Numbered from the stretch's first letter, positions 1 through 10,325 are shown. The stretch: 64,000 nucleotides of DNA from a bacterium (GCA_963693055.1 OY843751.1:128001-192000), one strand, 5' to 3'. A program made the numbers and translations. The notes: generated from the letters alone by a model not told the origin.

Positions 1-125
1 TGTAAAGAACGAAAACCATCACCATTAATACCTGAATAGTGAACAAAAATGTCTTCACCAGATTCTTTTGTTATGAATCCGAAACCCTTTGAGGAATTAA
101 ACCATTTTACCTTACCTCTTTCCAT
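1..125 (-). CDS. cspA: Cold-shock protein (CSD), 3'-truncated by window edge
   Basis: Not in ORF track. Manual translation from ATG at 125: [41 protein letters not shown], with RNP1 (KGFGFI) and RNP2 (IFVHYS). Confidence 0.95.
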   Translation of the reverse strand, partial: MERGKVKWFNSSKGFGFITKESGEDIFVHYSGINGDGFRSL

Positions 126-746
126 GTGGAGATCCTTTCAAAATGTGTACAACGCTCGTACACCCGTTATACCCTGCTAACACATAAATGTTGGTGTACG
201 TTTTAAAAAATTATGTGCTTTGTGTATTGCTTTGACGGAATACAAGGTGTCCATACAGCAAAACGTAACAAGGAGATTTGGTGCACATTACTAATTCGAT
301 AAAAATTACATCATTTTTTCAATTTAGTCAAGTATTTTTATTGATTTTAGGTCACTTTTTCCGGGCGCAGATCCATTAAAAATTTTCTTTATTCGTAGAC
401 CTTGAAAAAGATAGAGTGATTTTAAAATGAGTAATTTTTTTAGTTACTATTAGTTAAAAATAAAAAAATTGACTTTGAGGCTTGGGGAGACTATATTATA
501 CTGCTCAACAGAAATCTGAAAAAAAGTTTGAAACAAAATCTATTGATAGAAATATAACCTATTGACGAAATGTTGAAAAAAATAGATTGGGTGGAAGTGA
601 TTAAAAAAACACAATATCATAGATGTTCCAATTTTTTGAAAACAAAGTACTTGAAAATTCAAACAACAGCTACTATATTATTTGACTTGCCACATTTTAA
701 TAGAATAAATTTTTCAATAATCATATAACATTATCAAGGAGGAAAA

Positions 747-1931
747 ATGATAGAGGGTAAAGAAAGCTCAGCCGCTGTCCGTAAGCTTCGTATGGGAATG
801 GTTGGCGGTGGCCCCGGTGCCTTTATTGGCGAAGTCCATCGTAAAGCTGCACGTATTGACGGCCGCAATGAATTGGTTGCCGGTGCGTTTGATATTGATC
901 CTGCAAAATCCAAAGAAACTGGTGTTGAGCAGAATATTGATCCTAGTCGTGCTTATGGTAACTATGAAGATATGATCAAAAGCGAGCTGGCATTGCCGGA
1001 AAGTGAACGTATTGATTTTGTATCCGTTACTACTCCTAATAACTGGCATTTTCCCATTGCCAAAGCATTTTTAGAAGCTGGTTTTCATGTGGTTTGTGAA
1101 AAACCCATGACAATGGATGTTGCAGAAGCCAAAGAGTTAAAAGCCGTTGTTGAAAAGACTGGCAAAGTTTTTTCTTTGCAGCACAACTATACCGGCTACC
1201 CCATGGTAAAGCAAGCAAAATATATGGTTGACAGCGGTCAACTGGGCGAAATCCAGAAAATCGTTGTAGAGTATCCGCAAGACTGGCTGCTGACCAAAGT
1301 AGAAGAAGCCGGTTCAAAACAAGCCGAATGGAGAACAGACCCTAAACAGGCTGGTGCCGGTGGTTGTTTGGGTGATATTGCTACACATGCTGAAAATCTG
1401 GCGGCTTATATCTCCGGTCTGAAAATTGAAGAACTCTGCGCGGATCTGACTTCTTTTGTTAAAGGACGTGTTTTGGATGATGATGTTAACATTTTACTGC
1501 GTTATAACAACGGCGCCAAAGGTGTGTTGCACTCTTCACAGATCAGTACAGGTATGGAAAATGATTTAAACATCCGCGTTTTTGGTACCAAAGGCGGCAT
1601 TCGCTGGTACCAGGAAAATCCCAATTATCTGTATTTTTACCAGCAGGGACAACCGGTTCAGATCTTACGTCGTGGTAACGATTATCTCTGCGATGCTGCA
1701 AAACGGGCCAGCAGAATTCCCGCGGGACACCCGGAAGCGTTTATTGAAGCGTTTTCGAATCTCTATCTCAACTGTACCGATACCATGCGAGCACAAATGG
1801 AAGGCCGCAAGCCAACCGCACTGGAACTGGATTTCCCCAATGTTGATGACGGTCTGGAAGGTATGTGTTTTATTGAAACTGTTGTGAACAGCAGCAACAG
1901 TGATCAAAAATGGGTAAAAATGGTTAAATAA
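747..1931 (+). CDS. Gfo/Idh/MocA family NAD(P)-dependent oxidoreductase
   Basis: GMVGGG Rossmann start, CEKP motif, GGCLGDIATH; SD AAGGAGG. Confidence 0.9.
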   Translation: MIEGKESSAAVRKLRMGMVGGGPGAFIGEVHRKAARIDGRNELVAGAFDIDPAKSKETGVEQNIDPSRAYGNYEDMIKSELALPESERIDFVSVTTPNNWHFPIAKAFLEAGFHVVCEKPMTMDVAEAKELKAVVEKTGKVFSLQHNYTGYPMVKQAKYMVDSGQLGEIQKIVVEYPQDWLLTKVEEAGSKQAEWRTDPKQAGAGGCLGDIATHAENLAAYISGLKIEELCADLTSFVKGRVLDDDVNILLRYNNGAKGVLHSSQISTGMENDLNIRVFGTKGGIRWYQENPNYLYFYQQGQPVQILRRGNDYLCDAAKRASRIPAGHPEAFIEAFSNLYLNCTDTMRAQMEGRKPTALELDFPNVDDGLEGMCFIETVVNSSNSDQKWVKMVK

Positions 1932-1960
1932 TTGACAGCAATCTACAAGGGAGTGAAAAT

Positions 1961-2959
1961 ATGAACAATCCTATTACTTTATGTACCGGTCAATGGGCAG
2001 ACTTGCCGTTTGAAACTGTCTGTCAAAAAGCTAAAGAATTTGGTTATGAAGGTTTGGAATTAGCCTGCTGGGGTGACCATTTTGATGTATTCAAAGGTGC
2101 TGAAGATAAAGCCTACTGTGATGAAAAACGCGCGACTTTGAAAAAATATGGACTCAATGTTTGGGCAATCAGTAACCATTTGGCAGGTCAGTTGATTTGT
2201 GATCTCAATAATGACAGCCGTTCAGATGGCTTTGCACCTGCCGATTGCGCGGGCGACGCTGAAAAGAAACGTCAGTTTGGCGTAGATTCTATGAAAGCTG
2301 CTGCCAAGGCTGCAAAGAACCTGGGTGTTGACGTTGTTAACGGTTTTACCGGTTCTTCTATCTGGCATCTGTTGTATTCATTTCCGCCTAACGATTGGGC
2401 AGATGTTGAAAAAGGTTATGAATTTTTTGCAAAAATGTTTAATCCGATTTTGGATGTGTTTGAAGAAAACGGTGTAAATTTTGCTCTTGAAGTACACCCC
2501 ACCGAAATTGCTTATGATATTGTAACCACACATAAAGCGTTGGAAGCGATTAACCATCGTAAATCATTTGGATTCAACTTTGATCCCAGTCATTTGGTAT
2601 GGCAGGGAATTGACCCCGTTGTCTTTTTGGAAGAATTCAAAGACCGCATTTATCACTGCCACATGAAAGACTGTGTTGTAAATCTTGATGGCAGAAATGG
2701 TATTTTGGGCTCTCATTTGAATTTTGGTCAACCCGGACGCGGATGGGAATTTGTTTCTGTAGGTCGCGGCGATGTTGATTTTGAAGCCCTTACCCGCAAG
2801 CTGAACCAGATTGGCTATGCTGGTCCTTATTCTGTTGAATGGGAAGATGCCGGCATGGATCGTGAATTTGGCGCCAAAGATGCCTGCGAATATATGAAAA
2901 ACTTTATATATTCCGTTCCTTCAGGCGTATTTGACGAAGCATTCTCAAGAAAAGACTGA
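1961..2959 (+). CDS. Sugar-phosphate isomerase/epimerase (xylose-isomerase-like TIM barrel)
   Basis: ALEVHP, NFDPSH, HCHMKD and SVEWED metal-binding motifs. Confidence 0.9.
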   Translation: MNNPITLCTGQWADLPFETVCQKAKEFGYEGLELACWGDHFDVFKGAEDKAYCDEKRATLKKYGLNVWAISNHLAGQLICDLNNDSRSDGFAPADCAGDAEKKRQFGVDSMKAAAKAAKNLGVDVVNGFTGSSIWHLLYSFPPNDWADVEKGYEFFAKMFNPILDVFEENGVNFALEVHPTEIAYDIVTTHKALEAINHRKSFGFNFDPSHLVWQGIDPVVFLEEFKDRIYHCHMKDCVVNLDGRNGILGSHLNFGQPGRGWEFVSVGRGDVDFEALTRKLNQIGYAGPYSVEWEDAGMDREFGAKDACEYMKNFIYSVPSGVFDEAFSRKD

Positions 2960-2979
2960 TAGAATTTAATATTTTTTAC

Positions 2980-3013
2980 AGCCCGTCTGCCGGTTGGTGG
3001 ACGGGCTTTTTTT
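2980..3013 (+). terminator. Intrinsic terminator
   Basis: AGCCCGTCTGCC/GGTGGACGGGCT stem followed by a T run, just after the operon. Confidence 0.85.
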
Positions 3014-3144
3014 GTTTATAGGTAGTGGTGAGCTTGTACCCGGCACTTGAGGTCGGCTTATTATTAATAACACTGAGGTGCAAAGGATTGTGGAGGGGGG
3101 AGACCTGTTGAATTCCAGGGGAATAATTCATGTTGCAGACAAGA

Positions 3145-3612
3145 TCAATTTTTTTCTATTTGTTCAATCTCTTTGATTGGGAACTTACTCAGTAAATTAT
3201 CTATTTTGTTAATCATGCTTTGAATTTCCGTTTGGTCAAATTCTATTCTAAACTTTAATTCATGTCCGTAACCAGGTTTGTCAACAGCAATACAATCGGC
3301 TGTAAAGTGACCTAATCCATCACCTTTGATTTTTATTTGCAAATATTCCTCAATACAACTAAATTTTGCGGTTCCATCAAGTTGAGTATATAATTTTTCC
3401 AAATCATTTTTAAAATAAAAGAAATCCACATTGCTTAGCAGTGCTTCGTAATCGGCAGTAAAACCACCAACTTTAATCTTGATTCTTGTATTTAACCAGT
3501 TGCCATCTGAAATATCAGTGGAATTGGGATAGGTAAAATTATATACAAGAATCTGCAGATATTCAGATGACTCTTTGCCTAAAATGAATCTTGATTTCTC
3601 AATATCTATCAT
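3145..3612 (-). CDS. Hypothetical protein, WapI-like immunity protein candidate
   Basis: 155 aa; DGNWL, LDGTAKFSCIEEYL, GDGLGHF and LKFRIEFDQT resemble the WapI-type family (from memory). Confidence 0.5.
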   Translation of the reverse strand: MIDIEKSRFILGKESSEYLQILVYNFTYPNSTDISDGNWLNTRIKIKVGGFTADYEALLSNVDFFYFKNDLEKLYTQLDGTAKFSCIEEYLQIKIKGDGLGHFTADCIAVDKPGYGHELKFRIEFDQTEIQSMINKIDNLLSKFPIKEIEQIEKN

Positions 3613-3653
3613 TATTGCCCCGAGTTTTTGCCGTGATTTGGTATTATTCGTAA

Positions 3654-4046
3654 TTATTGCACAGGCAACCGGCTACAATTTAAATTCGCTATTATTTTTT
3701 CAATTGTTTTTGCAAGCGGTGGAATGTGTTTGTCGCAAACCCAGAAAATTTCTTCTGCATCGATATCAAAGTAATGATGCGATATTATATCTCTCAGCCC
3801 TTTGGCGCTTTTCCAATCAATTTCAGGAAATTGTTTTAATAGCGTTTCGTCTGTTATTTTATCAATGTTTTTTAAACTTTCACCAATCGCTATTAGTAAC
3901 ATGCAAATTGAATCCAGTTTTTCCATACCCATAGAAGAGTCTGTAAAATCAGATACTGTTTTTATTGGCTCGAAACGTTGACTCACTTTTTAAGTAGCAT
4001 CAAATATTTGATTCAGAATATCACAGACTAGCGTTTTATCATACAT
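3654..4046 (-). pseudogene. HepT/DUF86 HEPN ribonuclease toxin with in-frame stop at codon 19
   Basis: ATG at 4046 overlaps the MNT 3' end and reads MYDKTLVCDILNQIFDAT*KVSQRFEPIK (TAA at 3992-3990). The rest has the RDIISHHY (Rx4HxY) HEPN motif. Confidence 0.8.
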
Positions 4047-4329
4047 ACTGGCCATCTTTATCTATTCTTTTTTTCAAATAGGGATTCATATTTTCTCTGA
4101 TTCGTACAATATCCACAGATTTGTTAAATAATGTTTCCAGTTCTTCTTTGATATGGACCAATTGATACATGTCGGGTTCCCGGGTTTCAATCATTATATC
4201 GATATCACTTTTATTATCTGCTAAATTTCTGGCATAAGAACCAAAAAGCCCTAGATTGTTAATTCCATACTTTTTTGAATTATCTTTTTTATATTTTTTT
4301 AAAATTTTGAGAATTTCAGAGCGGGTCAT
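4039..4329 (-). CDS. Minimal nucleotidyltransferase (MNT) antitoxin
   Basis: LFGSYAR...SDIDI motif, 96 aa, directly upstream of the HEPN gene. Confidence 0.9.
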   Translation of the reverse strand: MTRSEILKILKKYKKDNSKKYGINNLGLFGSYARNLADNKSDIDIMIETREPDMYQLVHIKEELETLFNKSVDIVRIRENMNPYLKKRIDKDGQYV

Positions 4330-4423
4330 ATTTCTATACTCCCATTATATTCAAAATAAATGTATTAAAAAACCTTTTTAAATCAAATATAATTATGTGA
4401 ATTTTTGAATCATTACAACAGAC

Positions 4424-5404
4424 TCACTCCATCGGATACTTTAACCCGATATCATTACGGATGGTATCCATCAGTTCCATGATCTCGAGTGTATCCTTGT
4501 GCGGTACAATTTCGCTTTCGATTTTCCCTTTAAGCAGGCATTGCTGCGCCGCTTCTGCTTCGAACTGATAGCCCTCGCTTTGAAAGGGGAATTCAAATTT
4601 TTCTTCATGCTGCTCGTTCATGCACAGATAAAGTGTATCCGGCTGCCAAAAGGGATCCGGAATACGTATGTACCCCTTGGTACCATTGATGGCCGCGTGG
4701 TTCACCAGGTTGGTGCGAAATGACGATTGCAGCACAGAGGTGCCTCCGTTTTGGTGCTGCAGAATAACGGCCAGATTTTCATCCACACCAGTGCTGCTCA
4801 GGTCAGCCTGTGCCAGAATGCTTTTGACGGAACCCAATACATGTAAAGCCAGTGCAAGGGTGTAAATGCCCACATCCAAAAGCGAGCCGCCGCCCAGCTC
4901 GGGATCATATAACCGGCTATCAGCTTTATAATCCGCGTAAAATCCAAAATTGGCGGACAACATTTCCACATTCCCGATAGTACCGGCTTTTAACCAATCC
5001 TGCATTTGTTTATACGCGGGAAAGAATCGTGACCACAAGGCTTCCATCAAGAAAAGATTCTTGTCCCTTGCAAGTTGTACCAGTTCTTTGGCTTGTTCAA
5101 GATTAATGGTAAAAGGTTTTTCGCACAGTACCGCTTTACCGGCGTTCAAACAGGTTTTGGTATTTTCGTAATGCAGGTTGTTGGGTGTGGATATGTAAAT
5201 GATATCGATTTCCGGATCGTCTATGAGCTGCTGATATGTGGAATAACTCCGGGGAATATCATATTCATTGGCAAAACCATCAGCCGATTGCTGTGACCTG
5301 GAACCTACACCCAGCAAGACTGCACCATTGGCATGTTGTAGTCCTTTAGCAAACTGATGAGCAATATTTCCGGTACCAATGATACCCCAATTTACATTTC
5401 GCAT
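4424..5404 (-). CDS. Gfo/Idh/MocA oxidoreductase (dihydrodiol/xylose dehydrogenase-like), paralog A
   Basis: WGIIGTGNIA, VLCEKPFT, GGGSLLDVGIY. Confidence 0.9.
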   Translation of the reverse strand: MRNVNWGIIGTGNIAHQFAKGLQHANGAVLLGVGSRSQQSADGFANEYDIPRSYSTYQQLIDDPEIDIIYISTPNNLHYENTKTCLNAGKAVLCEKPFTINLEQAKELVQLARDKNLFLMEALWSRFFPAYKQMQDWLKAGTIGNVEMLSANFGFYADYKADSRLYDPELGGGSLLDVGIYTLALALHVLGSVKSILAQADLSSTGVDENLAVILQHQNGGTSVLQSSFRTNLVNHAAINGTKGYIRIPDPFWQPDTLYLCMNEQHEEKFEFPFQSEGYQFEAEAAQQCLLKGKIESEIVPHKDTLEIMELMDTIRNDIGLKYPME

Positions 5405-5458
5405 AAAACCTCCGGATAAAAGAGTTTTTGATTTTGTAATTGATAAACAGCGCTTATC

Positions 5459-5489
5459 ATCTCCCAGAGGTCCAGGACCTCCGGGAGAT
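5459..5489. repeat. Palindrome between the tandem oxidoreductases (REP-like or terminator)
   Basis: ATCTCCCAGAGGTCC-A-GGACCTCCGGGAGAT. Confidence 0.6.
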
Positions 5490-5499
5490 TTTTCTGTAC

Positions 5500-6480
5500 C
5501 TATTCCATCGGATATGTCAATCCGATTTTTCCACGTATAGTATCTAACAGTTCCATGAGTGCTAATGTTTCATCGTTGGGCATAATGTCGCTTTCTAATT
5601 TACCCGCAAGCATACAGTCTTGTGCTGCCTGTGCTTCAAACTGGAAGCCATGCGAATCAATCTGCATGTTGAATTCCTGTTCTTCTTCGCTGTTCAGGCA
5701 AAGATAGACTTTTCTGGGGCGCCAGTATGCGGGGGCAATGCGGATGTATCCTTTGGATCCCATAATGATTGCCTGGTTGATCATATTTGTGCGGAATGAC
5801 GATTGCAGAACAGAGATGCCGCCATTCTCGTGGTGAAGAATGGTAGCAAGAAGCTCATCCACACCGGATGGGCCAATGTCTGCTTTGGCCTGAACCGATT
5901 TTACAGGCCCCAATACCATTGACGCAAGCGAGTGGGTATAGATACCCACATCTAATAGGGCGCCGCCGCCATATTCAGGATTAAACAACCGGCTGTTGGG
6001 GTTAAAATCTCCTCTAAATCCGTGCGACACGGTAAGCATTTCTACCTCTCCAATGGTGCCTTTTTGCAGCCATTCACGTACCTGTACATAAACGGGAAAA
6101 TATCTGGACCATAAACCCTGCATCAAAAAGATGTTTTTTGATCTGGCAAGCGCAATCAATTCTTTAGCTTCCCGCGCGTTGATGGTAAAAGGCTTTTCAC
6201 ACAATACGGCTTTACCAGCATTCAGGCAGGCGAGGGTGTTCTCATAGTGCAGGTGGTTAAGTGTAGAAATATAGATGATTTGAACATCCGGATCGTCAAT
6301 CAATGCCTGGTAGCTGGAATACCGTTTGGGTATGTTGAGATCATTCATAAAATTGTCTGCGGATTCCTGGAACCGTGAGCCTACACCCCATAATTCTGCG
6401 TTATCTACATATTTCATGCATTCCGCGAATTTTTTTGCAATATTGCCAGTCCCTAAAATTCCCCATTTCACTTTTTGCAT
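5500..6480 (-). CDS. Gfo/Idh/MocA oxidoreductase, paralog B
   Basis: Same length (326 aa) and motifs as 4424..5404. Confidence 0.9.
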   Translation of the reverse strand: MQKVKWGILGTGNIAKKFAECMKYVDNAELWGVGSRFQESADNFMNDLNIPKRYSSYQALIDDPDVQIIYISTLNHLHYENTLACLNAGKAVLCEKPFTINAREAKELIALARSKNIFLMQGLWSRYFPVYVQVREWLQKGTIGEVEMLTVSHGFRGDFNPNSRLFNPEYGGGALLDVGIYTHSLASMVLGPVKSVQAKADIGPSGVDELLATILHHENGGISVLQSSFRTNMINQAIIMGSKGYIRIAPAYWRPRKVYLCLNSEEEQEFNMQIDSHGFQFEAQAAQDCMLAGKLESDIMPNDETLALMELLDTIRGKIGLTYPME

Positions 6481-6601
6481 AATACCTCCCGGAATTGTAT
6501 CTGTTTGAAATGTATGAAAAAATAAAATTCTACTTGCATTTAAGTAAAAAGATACGCAATTTTTTAGTTTATATAAAGAACGTAATTACAAAGGAAAATA
6601 C

Positions 6602-7402
6602 ATGAATACTGCCCCGCAATTTCTTGATGTTCAAAATGGAGAGTACCACACACCCGAGGGGAAAACCGGATGGTTTGCTAAATTGTTTCCCACATTTGTG
6701 TTTTATGTGAAAATTGTAAATGTTGTTTTCAAAGCCAGTTCAATTGCTAAAAAAGGCAAATACACGGTTGAGGAATGGGCAAAATCCAGTTATTCAACAA
6801 TACAAGCATTGGAAAGTGTGGGGTGTAAATTACATATAACGGGGTTGGACCATATTAAAGGCCTGTCTACTCCCTGTGTCTTTACCGCAAATCATATGAG
6901 TGTGTTAGAAACCTTTGCGTTATCATCTATCATTACTCCCTATCGAAACATGAGTTTTGTAATCAAAAAGAGTCTGGCTACTTATCCGGTTTTCAGACAT
7001 GTTATGATGAGTGTGAATCCCGTAGTTGTGGGCAGAGAGAATCCCCGCGAAGATTTGTCAATTGTAATGAATGATGGGCAGGCAAGACTGGATAGTGGAT
7101 CATCTGTATTTATCTTTCCACAGCGTACACGTACCAAATCTTTTGATCCCGAAACCTTTAATACTATTGGTTTAAAGCTTGCCAAACGTGCCGGTGTACC
7201 GGTTATTCCAGTAGCGTTAAAAACAGATGCCTGGGGTCAGGGTAAAAAGTTGAAAGATTTTGGTGGAATTTATCCTGAAAAAGAGATATATATTGAATTC
7301 GGTGAGCCCATGAGCATTGAAGGCAATGGCAAAGAGCAACATGCCAAAACTATCGAGTTTATTGAAAATCGTTTTGAATCCTGGAAAAACGGGGATGCGT
7401 AA
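6602..7402 (+). CDS. 1-acyl-sn-glycerol-3-phosphate acyltransferase family protein
   Basis: NHMSVLE (NHxSxxD-like), FIFPQRTR, VPVIPVAL blocks. Confidence 0.85.
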   Translation: MNTAPQFLDVQNGEYHTPEGKTGWFAKLFPTFVFYVKIVNVVFKASSIAKKGKYTVEEWAKSSYSTIQALESVGCKLHITGLDHIKGLSTPCVFTANHMSVLETFALSSIITPYRNMSFVIKKSLATYPVFRHVMMSVNPVVVGRENPREDLSIVMNDGQARLDSGSSVFIFPQRTRTKSFDPETFNTIGLKLAKRAGVPVIPVALKTDAWGQGKKLKDFGGIYPEKEIYIEFGEPMSIEGNGKEQHAKTIEFIENRFESWKNGDA

Positions 7403-7881
7403 TGGATATTGTATTGATCATATTGGGTCTATTGATCTCTATCATTGGTTTGGCAGGATGTATTCTGCCAATCGTGCCGGGGCCGCCACTTAGTTACGCG
7501 GCACTATTGTTGATCTCTTTTGTAAATGATTGGCAGATTTACAGTCCCAAATTTTTAATTTTTTGGGCAATTGTCACTGTATTTGTTTCTGTGTTTGACA
7601 ATATAGCCCCGGTTTGGGGAGCAAAAAAATATGGAGCTTCAAAACTGGGTTTGTGGTTATCAATAATCGGTTTGTTGGTGGGACTAATATTTTTCCCACC
7701 CTGGGGTATGATTTTGGGTACCTTTATTGGCGCATTTACCGGCGAATTATTATCCGGAAAAGAGAGCGACCATGCATTAAAAGCGGGTTTTGGTGTTTTT
7801 GTGGGTACCATTCTGGGGATTGGATTGAAAATTGCAGCATCTGGTATGATGTTATATTATTATATAGTTAAAATGTTTTAA
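7402..7881 (+). CDS. DUF456 family membrane protein
   Basis: GCILPIVPGPPL, GAKKYGASK; hydrophobic throughout. Confidence 0.85.
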   Translation: MDIVLIILGLLISIIGLAGCILPIVPGPPLSYAALLLISFVNDWQIYSPKFLIFWAIVTVFVSVFDNIAPVWGAKKYGASKLGLWLSIIGLLVGLIFFPPWGMILGTFIGAFTGELLSGKESDHALKAGFGVFVGTILGIGLKIAASGMMLYYYIVKMF

Positions 7882-7966
7882 ACTGATGAAATAAACTACC
7901 CATGTTTTGGTGTTGGAAAAGTTGAAAATAGTAATGATTGCTAATATTGAATAGGAGATTTATTAA

Positions 7967-8293
7967 ATGGGTAAACCAATTGAAGTAACTGATGATTCTT
8001 TTGAACAGGAAGTGATCTCTTCGGATGTTCCTGTATTGGTCGATTTTTGGGCAGTTTGGTGCGGCCCTTGTAAAATGATTGCCCCGGTTGTAGAAGAACT
8101 TGCAGGTGAATATGAAGGACAGTTAAAAGTTGCCAAAATGGATGTGGACACACATAAACAAGTGGCAATGAAATATGGAATCCGTAGTATACCCACTTTG
8201 TTATTGTTCAAAGATGGAGAAGTAGTAGAACAAGTAATTGGTGCTGTAGCTAAAAATCAACTGGTAGATAAAGTGTCTCCGCACCTCGCTTAG
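7967..8293 (+). CDS. trxA: Thioredoxin
   Basis: WCGPC active site and SIPTL. Confidence 0.97.
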   Translation: MGKPIEVTDDSFEQEVISSDVPVLVDFWAVWCGPCKMIAPVVEELAGEYEGQLKVAKMDVDTHKQVAMKYGIRSIPTLLLFKDGEVVEQVIGAVAKNQLVDKVSPHLA

Positions 8294-8336
8294 GCAGTAT
8301 ATATTATCGATTACCGATATCAAATAATCAAGATTG

Positions 8337-8383
8337 AAACGATGTTAAACCTGTTATAAATATGTTTAACATCGTTTTTTTTT
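8337..8383 (+). terminator. Intrinsic terminator after trxA
   Basis: AAACGATGTTAAAC/GTTTAACATCGTTT stem plus T run. Confidence 0.8.
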
Positions 8384-8488
8384 GATATTTTCTGAAATAT
8401 TATTCAAATATTGGTATGCAGAATATATTATTCTTTTATTTATTATTTTTTCTTTTATATTAATACTTGGAACGTGAAAGAGCGAATT

Positions 8489-9565
8489 ATGGAAGATACT
8501 AAGGTTTTAGTGATGGCCGGCGGTGCCGGCACCCGGTTTTGGCCCAAAAGTAGAAGGTTGTTTCCAAAACAGTTTCTCAGTCTGTTTGGCGACCAGTCAA
8601 TGCTGCAAATGACAGCCAACCGATTTTTAAAATGTGTGGACGCTGATGATGTGATGGTAGTATCTACTGATTTTCAAACTCCTCTCATCCGCGAGCAACT
8701 TCCCTGGATAAATCAGGAAAATTTAATCAGAGAACCGGTTGGTAGAAATACCGCTCCCTGTATTGCCTTGTCTGCGCTGCATATCAGAAAGAAAAATCCG
8801 AACGCCATTATGGTAGTTACTCCCGCAGATCATCTGATAACGGAGACAGATCGTTTTTCAGAGATTATTGCCAAGGGTGTAAAGATTGTTCGTGAAAATC
8901 CTTTGTCTTTGGTTACATTGGGAATTGAGCCCCGGTATCCGGCAACCAGTTACGGGTATATACAAAAGGGTGACACATTCAACAGTACCGGTGGGGCCTA
9001 TCATGTACGCACTTTTGCGGAAAAACCGGACAGAGAGACAGCCGATAAATTCTATGAAACAAAAGAGTTCTTGTGGAACAGTGGTATTTTTATCTGGAAT
9101 GTAAATACCATTCTGGATGCATTTGAAGAATTTATGCCCGATTTATGGCAGGCACTTGAGCGGATCAATGCAAACCTGGGCAATCCACAGGAAGAAAAAG
9201 TTACAAATGAAGAGTACAGCAAGCTGCTGGGGCAATCCATCGATTATGGAGTGCTGGAACATGCCAGCCAGGTGGTTGTTCTGGAAGCTGACTTTGGCTG
9301 GAGCGATGTAGGCAGTTGGGAAGAGGTTTATAATATTTCTGATAAAGATGAGAACGGCAATGTGGTTAAAGGAGAAGCGGTTCTCAAAGATGTGAGTAAT
9401 ACATTAATAGAATCAACAGGCCGTCAGGTGAGTGTTATTGGCGTTAAGGATTTGATTATTGTGGATTCTGATGATGCCTTGTTGATATGTAATAGAGAAC
9501 GATCACAGGATGTCAAATGGGTAACCGAACACTTAAGGCAAAACGGAAGCGAAAAGTATCTGTAA
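8489..9565 (+). CDS. manC: Mannose-1-phosphate guanylyltransferase
   Basis: MAGGAGTRFWPKSR, EPVGRNTAPCI, WSDVGSW; start moved to ATG 8489. Confidence 0.92.
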   Translation: MEDTKVLVMAGGAGTRFWPKSRRLFPKQFLSLFGDQSMLQMTANRFLKCVDADDVMVVSTDFQTPLIREQLPWINQENLIREPVGRNTAPCIALSALHIRKKNPNAIMVVTPADHLITETDRFSEIIAKGVKIVRENPLSLVTLGIEPRYPATSYGYIQKGDTFNSTGGAYHVRTFAEKPDRETADKFYETKEFLWNSGIFIWNVNTILDAFEEFMPDLWQALERINANLGNPQEEKVTNEEYSKLLGQSIDYGVLEHASQVVVLEADFGWSDVGSWEEVYNISDKDENGNVVKGEAVLKDVSNTLIESTGRQVSVIGVKDLIIVDSDDALLICNRERSQDVKWVTEHLRQNGSEKYL

Positions 9566-9573
9566 TAAAGGGC

Positions 9574-9858
9574 ATGTCAAATGAAGATGTGCTGAAAGCT
9601 CTGGAAACGCTTGCCGGAGATTTGGGCATAGAAATTCGAAATGAAAAAGGTGATTTTAAAAGCGGCTCTTGCCTGTTTTATGATCAGAATTTAATTATTT
9701 TGAAAAAAGATGATCAGCCCAACCAAAAAATTGAAATCATTGCAGAAATGCTTTTGCAATTTGACATAAAAGAAGATTCTATAAAACCTGAAATTCTTCA
9801 ATATATTAATCAAATAAAGCAAGACAAAGAGTCTAAAAAAGACTCTGAGGAGGAATAG
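9574..9858 (+). CDS. Conserved hypothetical protein
   Basis: In operon; GIEIRNEKGDFKSGSC; ATG 9574 follows the manC stop. Confidence 0.7.
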   Translation: MSNEDVLKALETLAGDLGIEIRNEKGDFKSGSCLFYDQNLIILKKDDQPNQKIEIIAEMLLQFDIKEDSIKPEILQYINQIKQDKESKKDSEEE

Positions 9859-10320
9859 ATGTTACAATCAGAATTTGCACAACTGTTTAACGAGAATTTG
9901 TTTATACCCGATATGAAAGCAGAAACCAAGGAAGATGCTCTTGCCGAATTGCTCGAATTGTTTGTGCAGGAAAAAATAGTTAAAAATAAACAAATTGTTA
10001 TGGAAATGCTTCGTCAACGGGAGACTCTTGGCAGTACTGGCATTGGTAACGGTGTTGCAATACCCCATGGCAGAACAACAGCAGCAACAGATGTATTTAT
10101 TGCCTTTGGTAAAGTACAAAAAGGCATGGATTTTGATGCAATAGATAAAAAACCGGTGAGTTTGTTCTTTATGATTATTGCACCACCTTTGGACGAGGAA
10201 AACAAATATTTGCCCGCACTGGGATCGCTGGTTACCTTGTTAAAAGATGATGCAAACCGTAAAAAGTTTGCCGGTGTTGAATCTTTTACCGATTTTATTT
10301 CTATAATCAGTGGAGAATAA
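9859..10320 (+). CDS. PTS EIIA (Ntr/fructose-type) domain protein
   Basis: RETLGSTGIGNGVAIPHGR phospho-His motif. Confidence 0.92.
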   Translation: MLQSEFAQLFNENLFIPDMKAETKEDALAELLELFVQEKIVKNKQIVMEMLRQRETLGSTGIGNGVAIPHGRTTAATDVFIAFGKVQKGMDFDAIDKKPVSLFFMIIAPPLDEENKYLPALGSLVTLLKDDANRKKFAGVESFTDFISIISGE

Positions 10321-10325
10321 GAAAC

